DNA of 53,461 bases from Candidatus Moraniibacteriota bacterium (lineage in GTDB: Bacteria; Patescibacteriota; Minisyncoccia; Moranbacterales; UBA9337). Positions 9,201-17,131 of the stretch are shown here, piece after piece; the first letter of the stretch is position 1, and each line of letters begins with the position of its first letter. The notes beneath the pieces were generated by a model. That model saw only the letters and a program-made list of their open reading frames with translations. It made no database searches and was not told where the DNA came from. The stretch is from the NCBI GenBank assembly GCA_023229615.1, contig JALNYX010000002.1, positions 8,797-62,257 of the forward strand, read 5' to 3'. The position numbers and the translations under genes are program-made.

Positions 9201-9364
9201 GTTCCCGTCGCAAAAGGCGGCCCATCATAAAAAGTGTACGCGGGATTGTCTTTGTTTTTTTCCAAAGATTTTTCGAATATTTTATTTTCTTTCCAAAATT
9301 CAAGAACTTCCTTTTCCATTTCAGGAAGTTTTTTTCCTACTTCAACCTTTTTAAACATAGACAA
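6239..9364 (-). CDS. ileS: isoleucyl-tRNA synthetase (long, eukaryote-like type 2 form by the KMSKRLSNYPDP motif)
   Basis: 1041 aa. HIGH motif (GTPHYGHIVG), KMSKS motif (KKMSKRLSNYPDP), editing and anticodon-binding regions recognisable. Confidence 0.95.
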   Translation of the reverse strand: MSMFKKVEVGKKLPEMEKEVLEFWKENKIFEKSLEKNKDNPAYTFYDGPPFATGTPHYGHIVGSVMKDVVPRYWTMRGKYVERKWGWDCHGLPIENIVEKELGSKKKKDIEEMGVEKFNGLCRSKVLGYVDEWKKVITRLGRWADMENAYKTMDLPYMESVWNVFKQLYDKGLIYEGYRSMHICTRCETTLSQQEVSEGYKDIKDLSAIAKFELVDEPGTFVLAWTTTPWTLIGNVALAVGKNVKYTKVRVYADKRNEKGKPIYENIIVAKDIYEKWKTEFYKDGVNQIGVKLFGLKDFSSVKGEPMVINENEIIDEMEGNALVGKKYKPLFDYYQNKGLQNEENGWKIYAADFVTTEEGTGVVHIAPAFGEDDLKLGQKEKLPFVQHVGLDGVIKKEAGDTEAQQAGYRASFAGLSVKPMTGEKDSHQKTDIEIIKYLAHNNLLFSKEKYEHSYPHCWRCDTPLINYATSSWFVAVEKVKEEALEMAKEINWTPKHMKEGRFGNWLEGARDWSISRQRFWASVMPIWVCDQCGEVRVFGSVGELEEISGEKITDIHKHIVDKITFKCEKCASTGSAQAGTMKRVPDVLDTWFDSGSMPYAQMHYPFENQEKFEANFPADFIAEGQDQTRAWFYYLHILGTALKNKPAFKNVIVNGTVLAEDGKKMSKRLSNYPDPMVMFEKYGADAVRFYLMSSPVVASENLNFKEADVADVVRGMMRMLWNSYSFFVLYANIDGWKAKSEKRKAKNTNNLLDRWIVSELHMLIRDFNLHMENYELNRACRLVPKFVDNLSNWYVRRSRKRFWKSENDNDKNEAYATLYYVLVELSKVMAPFAPFISEEIFKNLTGKESVHLEEMPMADEKLIDERLNEEMQKTREIITEALQLRAKNGIKVRQPLGQFSIFNFQFSNNEKEFLNIIKEEVNVKNVAISGEEETEGKWAVGDAGGVKVFLNTEITQELRMEGQAREVVRFIQEMRKEAGYEVDNRIQVCYDGKLELFDNFGELIAKEVLADRFSKEKLEKTDLEKDFDLDGEKVRIGICR
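6640..6671. repeat. (TTGAAAA) x4.5 tandem heptamer array inside ileS
   Basis: Read directly: ttgaaaa ttgaaaa ttgaaaa ttgaaaa ttga. The coding strand encodes GQFSIFNFQFSNN. Confidence 0.95.
7123..7154. repeat. (TTTTCGC) x4 (+partial) tandem heptamer array inside ileS
   Basis: Read directly: ttttcgc x4 then tttc. The coding strand GCGAAAA.. encodes KAKSEKRKAKN. Confidence 0.95.
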
Positions 9365-9366
9365 AA

Positions 9367-10542
9367 TTATATCAATGATTTATACACTTCGAGCGTTTCA
9401 CGGGCGCATTTTTCCCAATTGAAATCTTTCGCCCTTGCAAGTCCGCGTTGCTTGTATTTTTCTCTCAAATTATCATTTTGTGAAAATTCCCACATCGCTT
9501 CAGAAATCTCATTCACATTCAAAGGATTAATCATCAAAGCCGCATCACCGGCAATTTCCGGAATCGAAGAAACATTAGAAACGATTGCCGGAGTTCCTGT
9601 TGCAAAAGCTTCCAAAATAGTCATTCCAAATCCTTCATACAGCGACGGCATCACAAAAAATTCCGCTCCGGAAAACAAAGGAACCAATTCATCGCCGATA
9701 ACATATCCAGTATAGGCAATATCCCTAGAAATCCCCAAATCCTTGGCAATTTGCAAATATTCTTTGGAAAGCCAACCTCTTTTTCCAGCTAACACTAACT
9801 GATATCTGAATTTCTTTCCATTGGTTTGTCCGTTTTTAAGCAAGCATTTTTCCTTGAACTTTGCAAAAGATTGCAAGAGTCTGGTAATATTTTTACTTGG
9901 CTCAAGAGTTCCCAAAAATAAGATGTACTTCTTTTTAATTCCATAACGATCCAAAACTTTTTTTGTATTGATATCCGGAATTTCAAAAAACCTTCGATCT
10001 AATCCGCTGTAAATAATTTTTATCTTTTCATCCTTCGTTTTAAAAACCGATTGCAAATCTTTTTTCATCGACTCTGAAACCGCAATGATTCTGTCGGCCT
10101 TGCTTTCCATTAACCGATACAAAGCCTTGTCTCGACTGCGAGCAATAGCTGGAAAACAACCGGGAATTTTATATGCCCCCAAATCATTGAAAGTCACCAC
10201 GGTCTTTCCCTTATACCCCAAAGGAATCCGACTGAAAGGAGAAGTTGAATGCAAAACATCCAATTTTTCTTTTTGCAAAGTGGCAGTTCCCAGGATTTCG
10301 CTATATGCTCCAGGTAAATATTTCTTGTAATCGGAAAAGGGATAAAATTTTATTTTCACATTTGGTCGGGTGAATTTCTTCACATCTTTTTCCCGCACAC
10401 GAAAATCAAAAAACAAAACGTATTCGTTTTCTCTGTCGATTTCCAGAAGATTGCGAATCAATTGAAAAGTATAATGCCCAACTCCGATTGCGTCGCCTTT
10501 TTCCGGGTTCAAAATTGTTCGTGCATCAATTCCAATTCTCAT
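9367..10542 (-). CDS. glycosyltransferase family 4 (GT-B, retaining)
   Basis: 391 aa. C-terminal EX7E-type region YEGFGMTILEAFATGTPAIVSNVSSIPEIAGDAA. Confidence 0.85.
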   Translation of the reverse strand: MRIGIDARTILNPEKGDAIGVGHYTFQLIRNLLEIDRENEYVLFFDFRVREKDVKKFTRPNVKIKFYPFSDYKKYLPGAYSEILGTATLQKEKLDVLHSTSPFSRIPLGYKGKTVVTFNDLGAYKIPGCFPAIARSRDKALYRLMESKADRIIAVSESMKKDLQSVFKTKDEKIKIIYSGLDRRFFEIPDINTKKVLDRYGIKKKYILFLGTLEPSKNITRLLQSFAKFKEKCLLKNGQTNGKKFRYQLVLAGKRGWLSKEYLQIAKDLGISRDIAYTGYVIGDELVPLFSGAEFFVMPSLYEGFGMTILEAFATGTPAIVSNVSSIPEIAGDAALMINPLNVNEISEAMWEFSQNDNLREKYKQRGLARAKDFNWEKCARETLEVYKSLI

Positions 10543-10551
10543 AATTTTATA

Positions 10552-10578
10552 TGTCTTATTTGTCCTATTTGTCCTATT
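10552..10578. repeat. 3 x 9-nt tandem repeat (TGTCYTATT) in the argS / GT4 spacer
   Basis: tgtcttatt tgtcctatt tgtcctatt, read directly. Confidence 0.85.
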
Positions 10579-10579
10579 T

Positions 10580-12193
10580 TCACATTGATTCAGGTGCGCT
10601 CACTCCAACCAATCTTAAAGTTTCTGATAGCACTATTCTAACAGCTTTTACCAGCTCTTGTCTAGCCAATGAAAGCTCAGGCTTCTTCTCATCATTCACT
10701 TTGCACACAGCATAAAATGAATGAAATTTATCCGCCAAAGAAACTGCATAGTGTGGCAATTTGTGCACTTCATAATTTTTTGAGATTTCCTCAATCAATT
10801 CCGGAAATTTACCCATCTCTCGAATCAAGCTTATTTCTTTTTTATGGACTAGCAAAGACAAATCAACCGCCTTTCTATTTTTAATACGTTCGCCACTTTC
10901 CGCTTCTTCCATTTTTCTCAAAATCGAACAAATTCTCGCATGCGCATATTGAACATAAAAAACAGGATTTTTTTCACTACGCTCCAACGCCAAATTCAAA
11001 TCAAAATTTATGTGGCTCGTCGGAGCATAAGATGTAAAAATAAATCTGACTGCGTCTTTTCCGACTTCCTCCAGCAAATCATCCAGTGCAAAATATATCC
11101 CCTTTCGTTTTGACATCTTAATTTCTTTTCCGTCTTTAATGACTCTGACGATTTGCGTCATAATCAAGTCTAGCTTTCCTTTCTTATGCAAAAAATTTTC
11201 CACGAAAGATTTCACAACTTCTGCCTGTTTGTGATGATCCGCTCCTTGGATGTTTATCAATTTATCAAAGCCTCTTTCAATTTTATTTTTATGATACGCG
11301 AAATCAGTTGCCGAATAAGTCTTGAAACCGTTTGATTTGATCAAAACCCTGTCTTTATCATCCCCAAATTGAGTTGATTTAAACCAAATAGCTCCATCCT
11401 TTTCATATATCAAATCACACTCTCGAAGCAAATCGACCGCTTCATCAACTTTACCATTTGTATGCAAACTTTTTTCCGAAAACCAAATGTCGAAATTTAC
11501 TCCCAACTTTTCGCAGGTAGGCTTGATAAATTTTTCCAAAATTACATTCGCCCCCCAATTTCCGACTTCCATCGGATCGTTCATTTTTTCACTTTTCTGA
11601 CTTGCCAAATCATCCACATAATCTCCTCGATATTGAGTTTCTTCGTCCTTTAGGATAGAATGCCCCAGCATCAAAACCTGATTGCCAAAATCATTCACAT
11701 AATATTCTCTTTCAACTTGATGATTGCTTTTTTTCAAAACATTCGCCAGCGCATCGCCCAACGGTCCTCCTCTGGCATTTCCCAAGTGAATCGGTCCGGT
11801 TGGATTAGCACTCACAAATTCAATTAAAAATTTCTTTTTATCGCCAATTTTAGAATTTCCATATTCTTCTTTTTTTTCATTTATTTCTCTCACTTTATTT
11901 TGAAAATATTCTGAAGATAAATAAAAATTGATATACCCAGGTTTCACCACTTCAACTTTTTCTAAAAATTTTACATTTTTATCTGTCATTTTACATTTTA
12001 ATATTTGCGTTTTAATTTCTTCAGCAATTTCCATCGGGCTCTTCTTTAATATTGAAACTAAAACCATCGCAACATTAGTCGCATAATCCCCAAATTTCTC
12101 GTCTTTCGGATAATCCACCACGAAACCGGTCTGCTCCAATCCGAACAAATCTTTTACCGCTTTTTGGATTTTTTTTTCCAGTTCTTTTTTCAT
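10580..12193 (-). CDS. argS: arginyl-tRNA synthetase
   Basis: 537 aa. ANPTGPIHLGNARG (HIGH region), class I aaRS core, DALR-type C-terminal anticodon-binding domain ending in ..M. Confidence 0.95.
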   Translation of the reverse strand: MKKELEKKIQKAVKDLFGLEQTGFVVDYPKDEKFGDYATNVAMVLVSILKKSPMEIAEEIKTQILKCKMTDKNVKFLEKVEVVKPGYINFYLSSEYFQNKVREINEKKEEYGNSKIGDKKKFLIEFVSANPTGPIHLGNARGGPLGDALANVLKKSNHQVEREYYVNDFGNQVLMLGHSILKDEETQYRGDYVDDLASQKSEKMNDPMEVGNWGANVILEKFIKPTCEKLGVNFDIWFSEKSLHTNGKVDEAVDLLRECDLIYEKDGAIWFKSTQFGDDKDRVLIKSNGFKTYSATDFAYHKNKIERGFDKLINIQGADHHKQAEVVKSFVENFLHKKGKLDLIMTQIVRVIKDGKEIKMSKRKGIYFALDDLLEEVGKDAVRFIFTSYAPTSHINFDLNLALERSEKNPVFYVQYAHARICSILRKMEEAESGERIKNRKAVDLSLLVHKKEISLIREMGKFPELIEEISKNYEVHKLPHYAVSLADKFHSFYAVCKVNDEKKPELSLARQELVKAVRIVLSETLRLVGVSAPESM

Positions 12194-12219
12194 ACGCTCT
12201 TATTCTACCATACTATAAA

Positions 12220-13002
12220 TTAATTTCTGATTGATAATTGCTTTTTAATAAATTCCAGAAAATCGACGACTCGCGCCGATTGTTCCGATTGCAATAAAAA
12301 CGGCTCTACATCCTTGGCTAAATATTTAAAATCCAACTCCTCACATCGCGCCACCAGTTTTTCAATAAATTCATTCTTAGAAACCGCCAGTGTCTTTTCT
12401 ATGTAGGAAAAATCCGGCTGTGTCTTGCCATACAGATAGCTTACATCATAAAAATCTCGGCCTTTTTCCCGCTTGCGCTGGAGAATAGTGATGAGTTTTT
12501 GTGCTAAAATGATTTCCGGCGGGTTCACCAGGATATTCCGATAAATATCAAATTTGTTCAGCGTATGCAATATCGGTTCGAAATTTTTATCTTTTCTCAC
12601 TATATCGATGCGCACTAAGATTTTCTCGTTGCCCGCCGCGCTGATATTCGACTCTTGCAGGATATGCGGAAATTTTATATAGCAATGGTAAGCGCCTTTT
12701 TCCACTAGGCGCGTTTCCATTTCAAACCCCTTGAGTTTCATATCAGCTATCACAACTTCCATTAATTCCGCGAAATCATCGAAAGACAATCCGAAATTAT
12801 CAAAATCCAAATCCTCGGAAAAACGATTTTCTTCATACACGATGCGTAGTGCCGTTCCACCGATAAAACTCAAAAATGCGCTCTTTTTTTGCTTGTACAG
12901 CGAATCCAGCAGTTCATATTGCAAATATTCCACCAAGATGCTTTTTACGGACACGTTCGCGATATCGGAATAATATTTTTTAAGTTGGGGTAATGTCAGC
13001 AT
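12220..13002 (-). CDS. abiEii: AbiEii/AbiGii-family nucleotidyltransferase toxin (type IV TA / abortive infection)
   Basis: 260 aa. GGTALRIVY, RFSEDLDFD (NTase Asp motif) and KGRDFYDV motifs are typical of DUF1814/AbiEii. There is a 7-nt ATGCTGA overlap with the upstream gene. Confidence 0.8.
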   Translation of the reverse strand: MLTLPQLKKYYSDIANVSVKSILVEYLQYELLDSLYKQKKSAFLSFIGGTALRIVYEENRFSEDLDFDNFGLSFDDFAELMEVVIADMKLKGFEMETRLVEKGAYHCYIKFPHILQESNISAAGNEKILVRIDIVRKDKNFEPILHTLNKFDIYRNILVNPPEIILAQKLITILQRKREKGRDFYDVSYLYGKTQPDFSYIEKTLAVSKNEFIEKLVARCEELDFKYLAKDVEPFLLQSEQSARVVDFLEFIKKQLSIRN

Positions 13003-13604
13003 ATTTTATCAAATAAAAGATTTATACTGTTTGTTAATTTTTCAATATTATATTCTTTGAGATAAATATCTATTTTCTTCCTGTCCATCACGCGCCGAAG
13101 TTCATCGCAATTCATCCTCAATCCATCAATATCCTTTTGATCATTCAACTTTCCCAAATTGAAATAAAAATAATCTAGCAAGGCTTTTTCCGGCTCCGCG
13201 ACCAGATATTTTCCAGATGAAGTTTCCATCGGCACATAGCCAAAAAATAATTTCGGCTGAATATGATGATAAATGAAATTTCCGAAATCATTGGAAAATT
13301 TCCTGGTAGCTTTGGTAGTTATAGCGGTTTGCGCGTACACCATTTCAGGTATCAGTCCGTAATGACTTAGCATAGTTTCCATACTAAGATAACTGGGCTG
13401 ACATAGCAGGAAAGAAATTTCTAGTGCCACCAAGTTTTCTTTTTCATCCGTGAAAAAATACACTCCTCTTTTCAAACGGCCGATATAGTTCTTTTTTTGC
13501 CACAAAGACAACTGATAATTATACACATTCAGTTTTTGCAACAAAATATCCAAACTGGTAAAATATGGCTTATTTATAGCTTTTTTAAATTCTTGGTATT
13601 TCAT
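12996..13604 (-). CDS. abiEi: AbiEi-family antitoxin / transcriptional regulator
   Basis: 202 aa. N-terminal winged-helix-like region (..LKRGVYFF..), then SYLSMETMLSHYGLIPE, typical of AbiEi. Translationally coupled to abiEii. Confidence 0.7.
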   Translation of the reverse strand: MKYQEFKKAINKPYFTSLDILLQKLNVYNYQLSLWQKKNYIGRLKRGVYFFTDEKENLVALEISFLLCQPSYLSMETMLSHYGLIPEMVYAQTAITTKATRKFSNDFGNFIYHHIQPKLFFGYVPMETSSGKYLVAEPEKALLDYFYFNLGKLNDQKDIDGLRMNCDELRRVMDRKKIDIYLKEYNIEKLTNSINLLFDKIC

Positions 13605-13607
13605 TTA

Positions 13608-13662
13608 ATTATTAAATTTAATAATCTATTGAAATTATACATCTATGCTCTCTGATTGTCAA
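13608..13662 (-). promoter_or_regulatory. consensus sigma70 promoter plus palindromic operator of the abiE operon
   Basis: Reverse strand TTGACA (13662-13657), 17 nt, TATAAT (13639-13634). A perfect 18-nt palindrome ATTATTAAATTTAATAAT (13608-13625) lies between -10 and the start codon. Confidence 0.55.
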
Positions 13663-13779
13663 ACGTAACACGGTTTTTTCTACTAAAAACTGCACATTCG
13701 CCTTTTATGAAAGCGCAAAAGCAAAAACCCCAACACAATGTCGAGGTTTCTGTGAAAAAGACTACAGAAAAAGTGCCTA

Positions 13780-13962
13780 GTGGCACCTTTCTTTGGGCAC
13801 TTTAAGGATGATGTGGACTACAAAGATTGCAAAACATTTGAGCAGTTGCACTTACTAATTGAGGAATATGTGAAATATTACAATCATGGAAGGTATCAAT
13901 GGGATCTAAAAAAGATGACTCCCGTTGAATACAGAAATCATCTTTTAGAATTTGCCAGGTAG
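13780..13962 (+). pseudogene. C-terminal remnant of an IS3-family (rve/DDE integrase) transposase
   Basis: FFGHFKDDVDYKDCKTFEQLHLLIEEYVKYYNHGRYQWDLKKMTPVEYRNHL matches the conserved C-terminal tail of IS3/IS150-type OrfB. Only about 60 codons remain, and no catalytic core or upstream frame is present. Confidence 0.6.
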
Positions 13963-14042
13963 TTTTTTATTCCGCGTCCACTTTAAAGGGTACACTTCAC
14001 TTTTTTGGTGTTTTTAAAAATACATTTTCAACGGTAAAAAAA

Positions 14043-14654
14043 CTAGAAGTGGGCACAATAAGCATAACACTGACCTTGACTCTGAGCGGCACAATGACAT
14101 CCGTTATTTATTGGAGTGGCATTAAGATAATCATCAGTTGAATCCGCTGGATCAATACCTGAACAACCCGTGCGAATATCTCCCGCGTTGCAAGTAACAT
14201 CACAGTAATAAAGTCCGGCTGAACCTTTATTTATAGTACAACTAGGCGTATTCACAGTAAAACCCCCGACACTCGTTATTGCTCTACAATTTGCCCCATC
14301 CTGATCGCAATATGCTGACGCTCCAACTTGACCCTCAACATCAAGCCTAAGAGATCCATCTGGCGTATTATCTCCGATTCCGACGTTCCCCACCGGAATA
14401 AGAAGGGCATTGGCAGTGTTTGTTAGAACCATTTCCCTGACAGTCAAGTCGCCACTTTTTATTTGAGTTCCGATACCGGTATTAATCGGCGCTCCGATAT
14501 TTCCTCCCGGAGGAGCAACTGTCGGATCTGTCCAGGCGCTCACCATTGCCATTCCACCTCCCAGCAAAAGTCCCAGTGCCAAAGAAAAGAACAACCATTT
14601 GATGTTTTTAATCATACTCCTTTCTTTCTTGATTGATGTTTTTATCGTTTTCAT
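14043..14654 (-). CDS. secreted protein with fibre-like N-region and Cys-rich (12 Cys) C-terminal domain, hypothetical
   Basis: 203 aa. Signal peptide ending ..MVSA, then WTDPTVAPPGGNIGAPINTG..Q.KSGDL and GNVGIGDNTPDGSLRLDVEGQV motifs. C-terminus is CDQDGANC...CTINK..CDVTCN..GCSG...GCHCAAQSQGQCYAYCAHF. Confidence 0.7.
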   Translation of the reverse strand: MKTIKTSIKKERSMIKNIKWLFFSLALGLLLGGGMAMVSAWTDPTVAPPGGNIGAPINTGIGTQIKSGDLTVREMVLTNTANALLIPVGNVGIGDNTPDGSLRLDVEGQVGASAYCDQDGANCRAITSVGGFTVNTPSCTINKGSAGLYYCDVTCNAGDIRTGCSGIDPADSTDDYLNATPINNGCHCAAQSQGQCYAYCAHF

Positions 14655-14675
14655 TTTTATTATTCTATAAAAAAA

Positions 14676-15017
14676 TTATTCTACTTGATTAATGGAAGTC
14701 ATTGCCTCGTCAATTTTCACATTTTCCTCGCTTGTCATTTCATTTCCCGGTTGTTCCAAAGAGCTTAACGCTTCATCAATTAACAATTCATCCTCTTTTG
14801 TCTTTTCCTCATCTGGTCGCCCTAAAGAATTTTTCGCTTCATCAATTAACGCGTCGTACTGATTTTTTTGAATATCTGTCAATGGTTGCATTACCTGTTC
14901 CTTTGTTTGATTATTCCGATTTTTTATACTCAACGAAAGGAAAAGAAGTATAAACAACAACAACGCCACTACTAAAATGACATAAATAACTATTTTATTT
15001 TCTTTTTTAATTTGCAT
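14676..15017 (-). CDS. single-pass membrane protein with three (L/K)IDEA repeats, hypothetical
   Basis: 113 aa. N-terminal TM helix (IVIYVILVVALLLFILLFLSL), acidic tail containing LIDEAKNSL / LIDEALSSL / KIDEAMTSI. Confidence 0.6.
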   Translation of the reverse strand: MQIKKENKIVIYVILVVALLLFILLFLSLSIKNRNNQTKEQVMQPLTDIQKNQYDALIDEAKNSLGRPDEEKTKEDELLIDEALSSLEQPGNEMTSEENVKIDEAMTSINQVE

Positions 15018-15055
15018 GTTTGTAATAAAAAATTATACTTTATTCCTACTTATTT

Positions 15056-16066
15056 TTACGGAGCCACTTCTCTCCAAGAGCTATCAACACAAGTGTTAAC
15101 CTCGCACAATGCGCCGCACAAATCAGGACACGATCCGTTATTTGTTGTTCCGTCATCGCAACCTTCGCCGGAGCTCACAATTCCATCCCCACAAACTGCC
15201 GGAAGCACGCTCACATTAATCGTCTTTATTTCAGTTTTTCCACCCTGGGAAATCCGCACCTGCGCCGTTCCGGTAGACGCATACGTGCAATCATATGATT
15301 TACTTGTATCTGTTGTGGTATAGGAAACATCATAAACTCCATCGCTTTCATCGCAATTAAATTCATAAGTGATATCGCCGGTAGTTGTTGAGGTATCTTC
15401 TCTGGAGGCTGTGAGAGTTGAAGTCAAGGATGAGCATCCAACACAAGAATTCGGAGAAGCAGAAAGACTAACATTCAAAACCTTGGGCGCTTCGAAACTC
15501 GCGCGAGAAAAATCAATCCATCCCAATTCATCCGACCAGGCATAACCGGAAAAAGTACTCGCAGAAGAATTAATAGAAATTCCATAGGAAGATCCATCTT
15601 GCGCTGTTCCACTTAAACTAATCCATCCCAACCATCCGCCGGAATTTCCCGCCGCATTAGCTGATGCAATTTGTTCAAATCTCGCCCAACCTTCCAAATT
15701 ATTTCCGACTCTTCTGGCACTGCAAACCCCAACCGGGCATCCTCCCAATCGAGAACTGTCAAATGTGATATACCCCAAACCGAAACCGGAATCATCTCCT
15801 CCGCTCCAAGCCTCTCCGGACAATTCTCCATCAGCCATTGGAATATTGACACCATAATCAACCGCTCCGGAATTATTAGTATTATTCATACTAAGCCATC
15901 TGACATTGGTGCTAGTTCCATCTCCCGGAAAAACTCCGTCTAATTCCGTTCCGCCTCCCCAAAGCCATCCAAGCGCATTATCTCCAGTTCCCGCTTTTAT
16001 TTTGGCAACACTGACCATAGCAAAAACCGCAATAAACACAATCAGTAATATAATTCTTTTTTTCAT
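15056..16066 (-). CDS. secreted repeat protein (GxAWS..GWIxF repeats + Cys-rich CGDG..CDDG module), hypothetical
   Basis: 336 aa. Signal peptide. Repeats GEAWSGGDDSGFGLGYITF, GGWLGWISL, GYAWSDELGWIDF. Ser/Thr-rich Ig-like middle. C-terminal CGDGIVSSGEGCDDGTTNNGSCPDLCGALCEVNTC (Myxococcus-type Cys-rich repeat pattern). Confidence 0.75.
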   Translation of the reverse strand: MKKRIILLIVFIAVFAMVSVAKIKAGTGDNALGWLWGGGTELDGVFPGDGTSTNVRWLSMNNTNNSGAVDYGVNIPMADGELSGEAWSGGDDSGFGLGYITFDSSRLGGCPVGVCSARRVGNNLEGWARFEQIASANAAGNSGGWLGWISLSGTAQDGSSYGISINSSASTFSGYAWSDELGWIDFSRASFEAPKVLNVSLSASPNSCVGCSSLTSTLTASREDTSTTTGDITYEFNCDESDGVYDVSYTTTDTSKSYDCTYASTGTAQVRISQGGKTEIKTINVSVLPAVCGDGIVSSGEGCDDGTTNNGSCPDLCGALCEVNTCVDSSWREVAP

Positions 16067-16111
16067 TTTTGTTTTTGTTTTAAAAACCTACGAAAAAACC
16101 CAAGAAAAGAA

Positions 16112-16140
16112 TTGACTAAGTTATTTTTTAATTATACAAT
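16112..16140 (+). promoter_or_regulatory. sigma70-like promoter upstream of smpB-ssrA
   Basis: TTGACT (16112-16117), 17 nt, TACAAT (16135-16140), about 85 nt upstream of smpB. Confidence 0.45.
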
Positions 16141-16225
16141 AATTTAATTATATTACAATAAGCTGATATAATAAAATTGTGGATAACATTTAAGAAAATT
16201 ACATTTTTTCTTCATAAAAACCGCT

Positions 16226-16681
16226 ATGAAAGCATTGGCTGACAACAAAAGAGCGACTTTTGATTATACCCTTATTGATAAATATGAGGCTGGCTTGGTT
16301 TTGAGCGGACAAGAAGTGAAATCCATTAAAACCGGACACCTCAGCCTCAAAGGAAGCTTTGTTACGATCAAAGCATTTGAATTATATTTGACTAATGCCT
16401 TTATACCGCCCTATCCTTTTGCCGGACAACTGAAAAATTATGATCCCAGTCGTTCCCGCAAACTGCTAGTCAAAAAATCAGAAATAAAAAGACTACTCGG
16501 GAAAGTCCACGCTGAAGGCTTGACATTGGTGCCGATTCGAGTCTATACTAGGAAAAGACTAATCAAGCTGGAATTCGCTTTAGCTCGCGGAAAAAAGAAA
16601 TTCGATAAACGAGCAGATATAGCAAAAAAGGAAGCCTCCAGGAGAATAGCTAGAAATTTAAAAACCTCGAGAAATTTCTGA
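16226..16681 (+). CDS. smpB: SsrA-binding protein SmpB
   Basis: 151 aa. NKRATFDY...GLVLSGQEVKS...KGSF and a basic C-terminal tail are canonical SmpB. Confidence 0.95.
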   Translation: MKALADNKRATFDYTLIDKYEAGLVLSGQEVKSIKTGHLSLKGSFVTIKAFELYLTNAFIPPYPFAGQLKNYDPSRSRKLLVKKSEIKRLLGKVHAEGLTLVPIRVYTRKRLIKLEFALARGKKKFDKRADIAKKEASRRIARNLKTSRNF

Positions 16682-16702
16682 GTTTTTTAATTTCCAAAAA
16701 AT

Positions 16703-17110
16703 GGGGCTGCTTAGCTTCGACAGATTGCACTTTAAAAAATAAGCAAGTCGACCATTTATAATACACGTCGTAAAAATGTTTATAAAAGATATTTAAGTGC
16801 AAACTTTATATCAAAAGTAAAAGCAACTTTCACAAGAAATTTCGCTTTTGCTTCCGCTATTGCCTAATATAGGCCGATAGCCATCAAGCTATTGATTCCT
16901 AATAAATAGACCTTGGTGCCAATCATTAGGATAGCCCTTAGCCGTTACCTTTGATTGCTTTTGGCGAAATTCTCAAAGGCGAACTTTCGGTGTTTTGTTT
17001 GTTTTATAGCCGAAAGCTTGTACCCGTCTCAGGCGGAAATAAGCAAACTAAACTTGTAGAATATTTTTTAAAATCAACTCTGGACATGGGTGCGATTCCC
17101 ATCAGCTCCA
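16703..17110 (+). ncRNA. ssrA: tmRNA (SsrA), about 408 nt
   Basis: 5' GGGGCTG pairs with 3' CAGCTCC (G3-U wobble, the Ala identity), followed by discriminator A. T-arm ATGGG-TGCGATT-CCCAT. Candidate tag ORF GCA(16799)...TAA(16865-16867) = ANFISKVKATFTRNFAFASAIA, with the typical hydrophobic Ala-rich end. CCA is not encoded. Confidence 0.85.
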
Positions 17111-17131
17111 CAATAATATTTATATACCATC

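Noticed and set aside
8783-9715. 310-aa plus-strand ORF spanning the ileS 5' end and the GT4 3' end
   Set aside because: It is antisense to two well-supported genes, crosses their junction, and its low-complexity product (Phe/His/Arg-rich) has no recognisable motif. This is a typical shadow ORF of an AT-rich coding strand.
16178-16186. Perfect DnaA box TGTGGATAA upstream of smpB, raising the possibility of oriC
   Set aside because: It is a single box. There is no cluster of boxes, no adjacent dnaA/dnaN, and only degenerate TTATCC-like matches elsewhere (for example 41575). Most likely chance.
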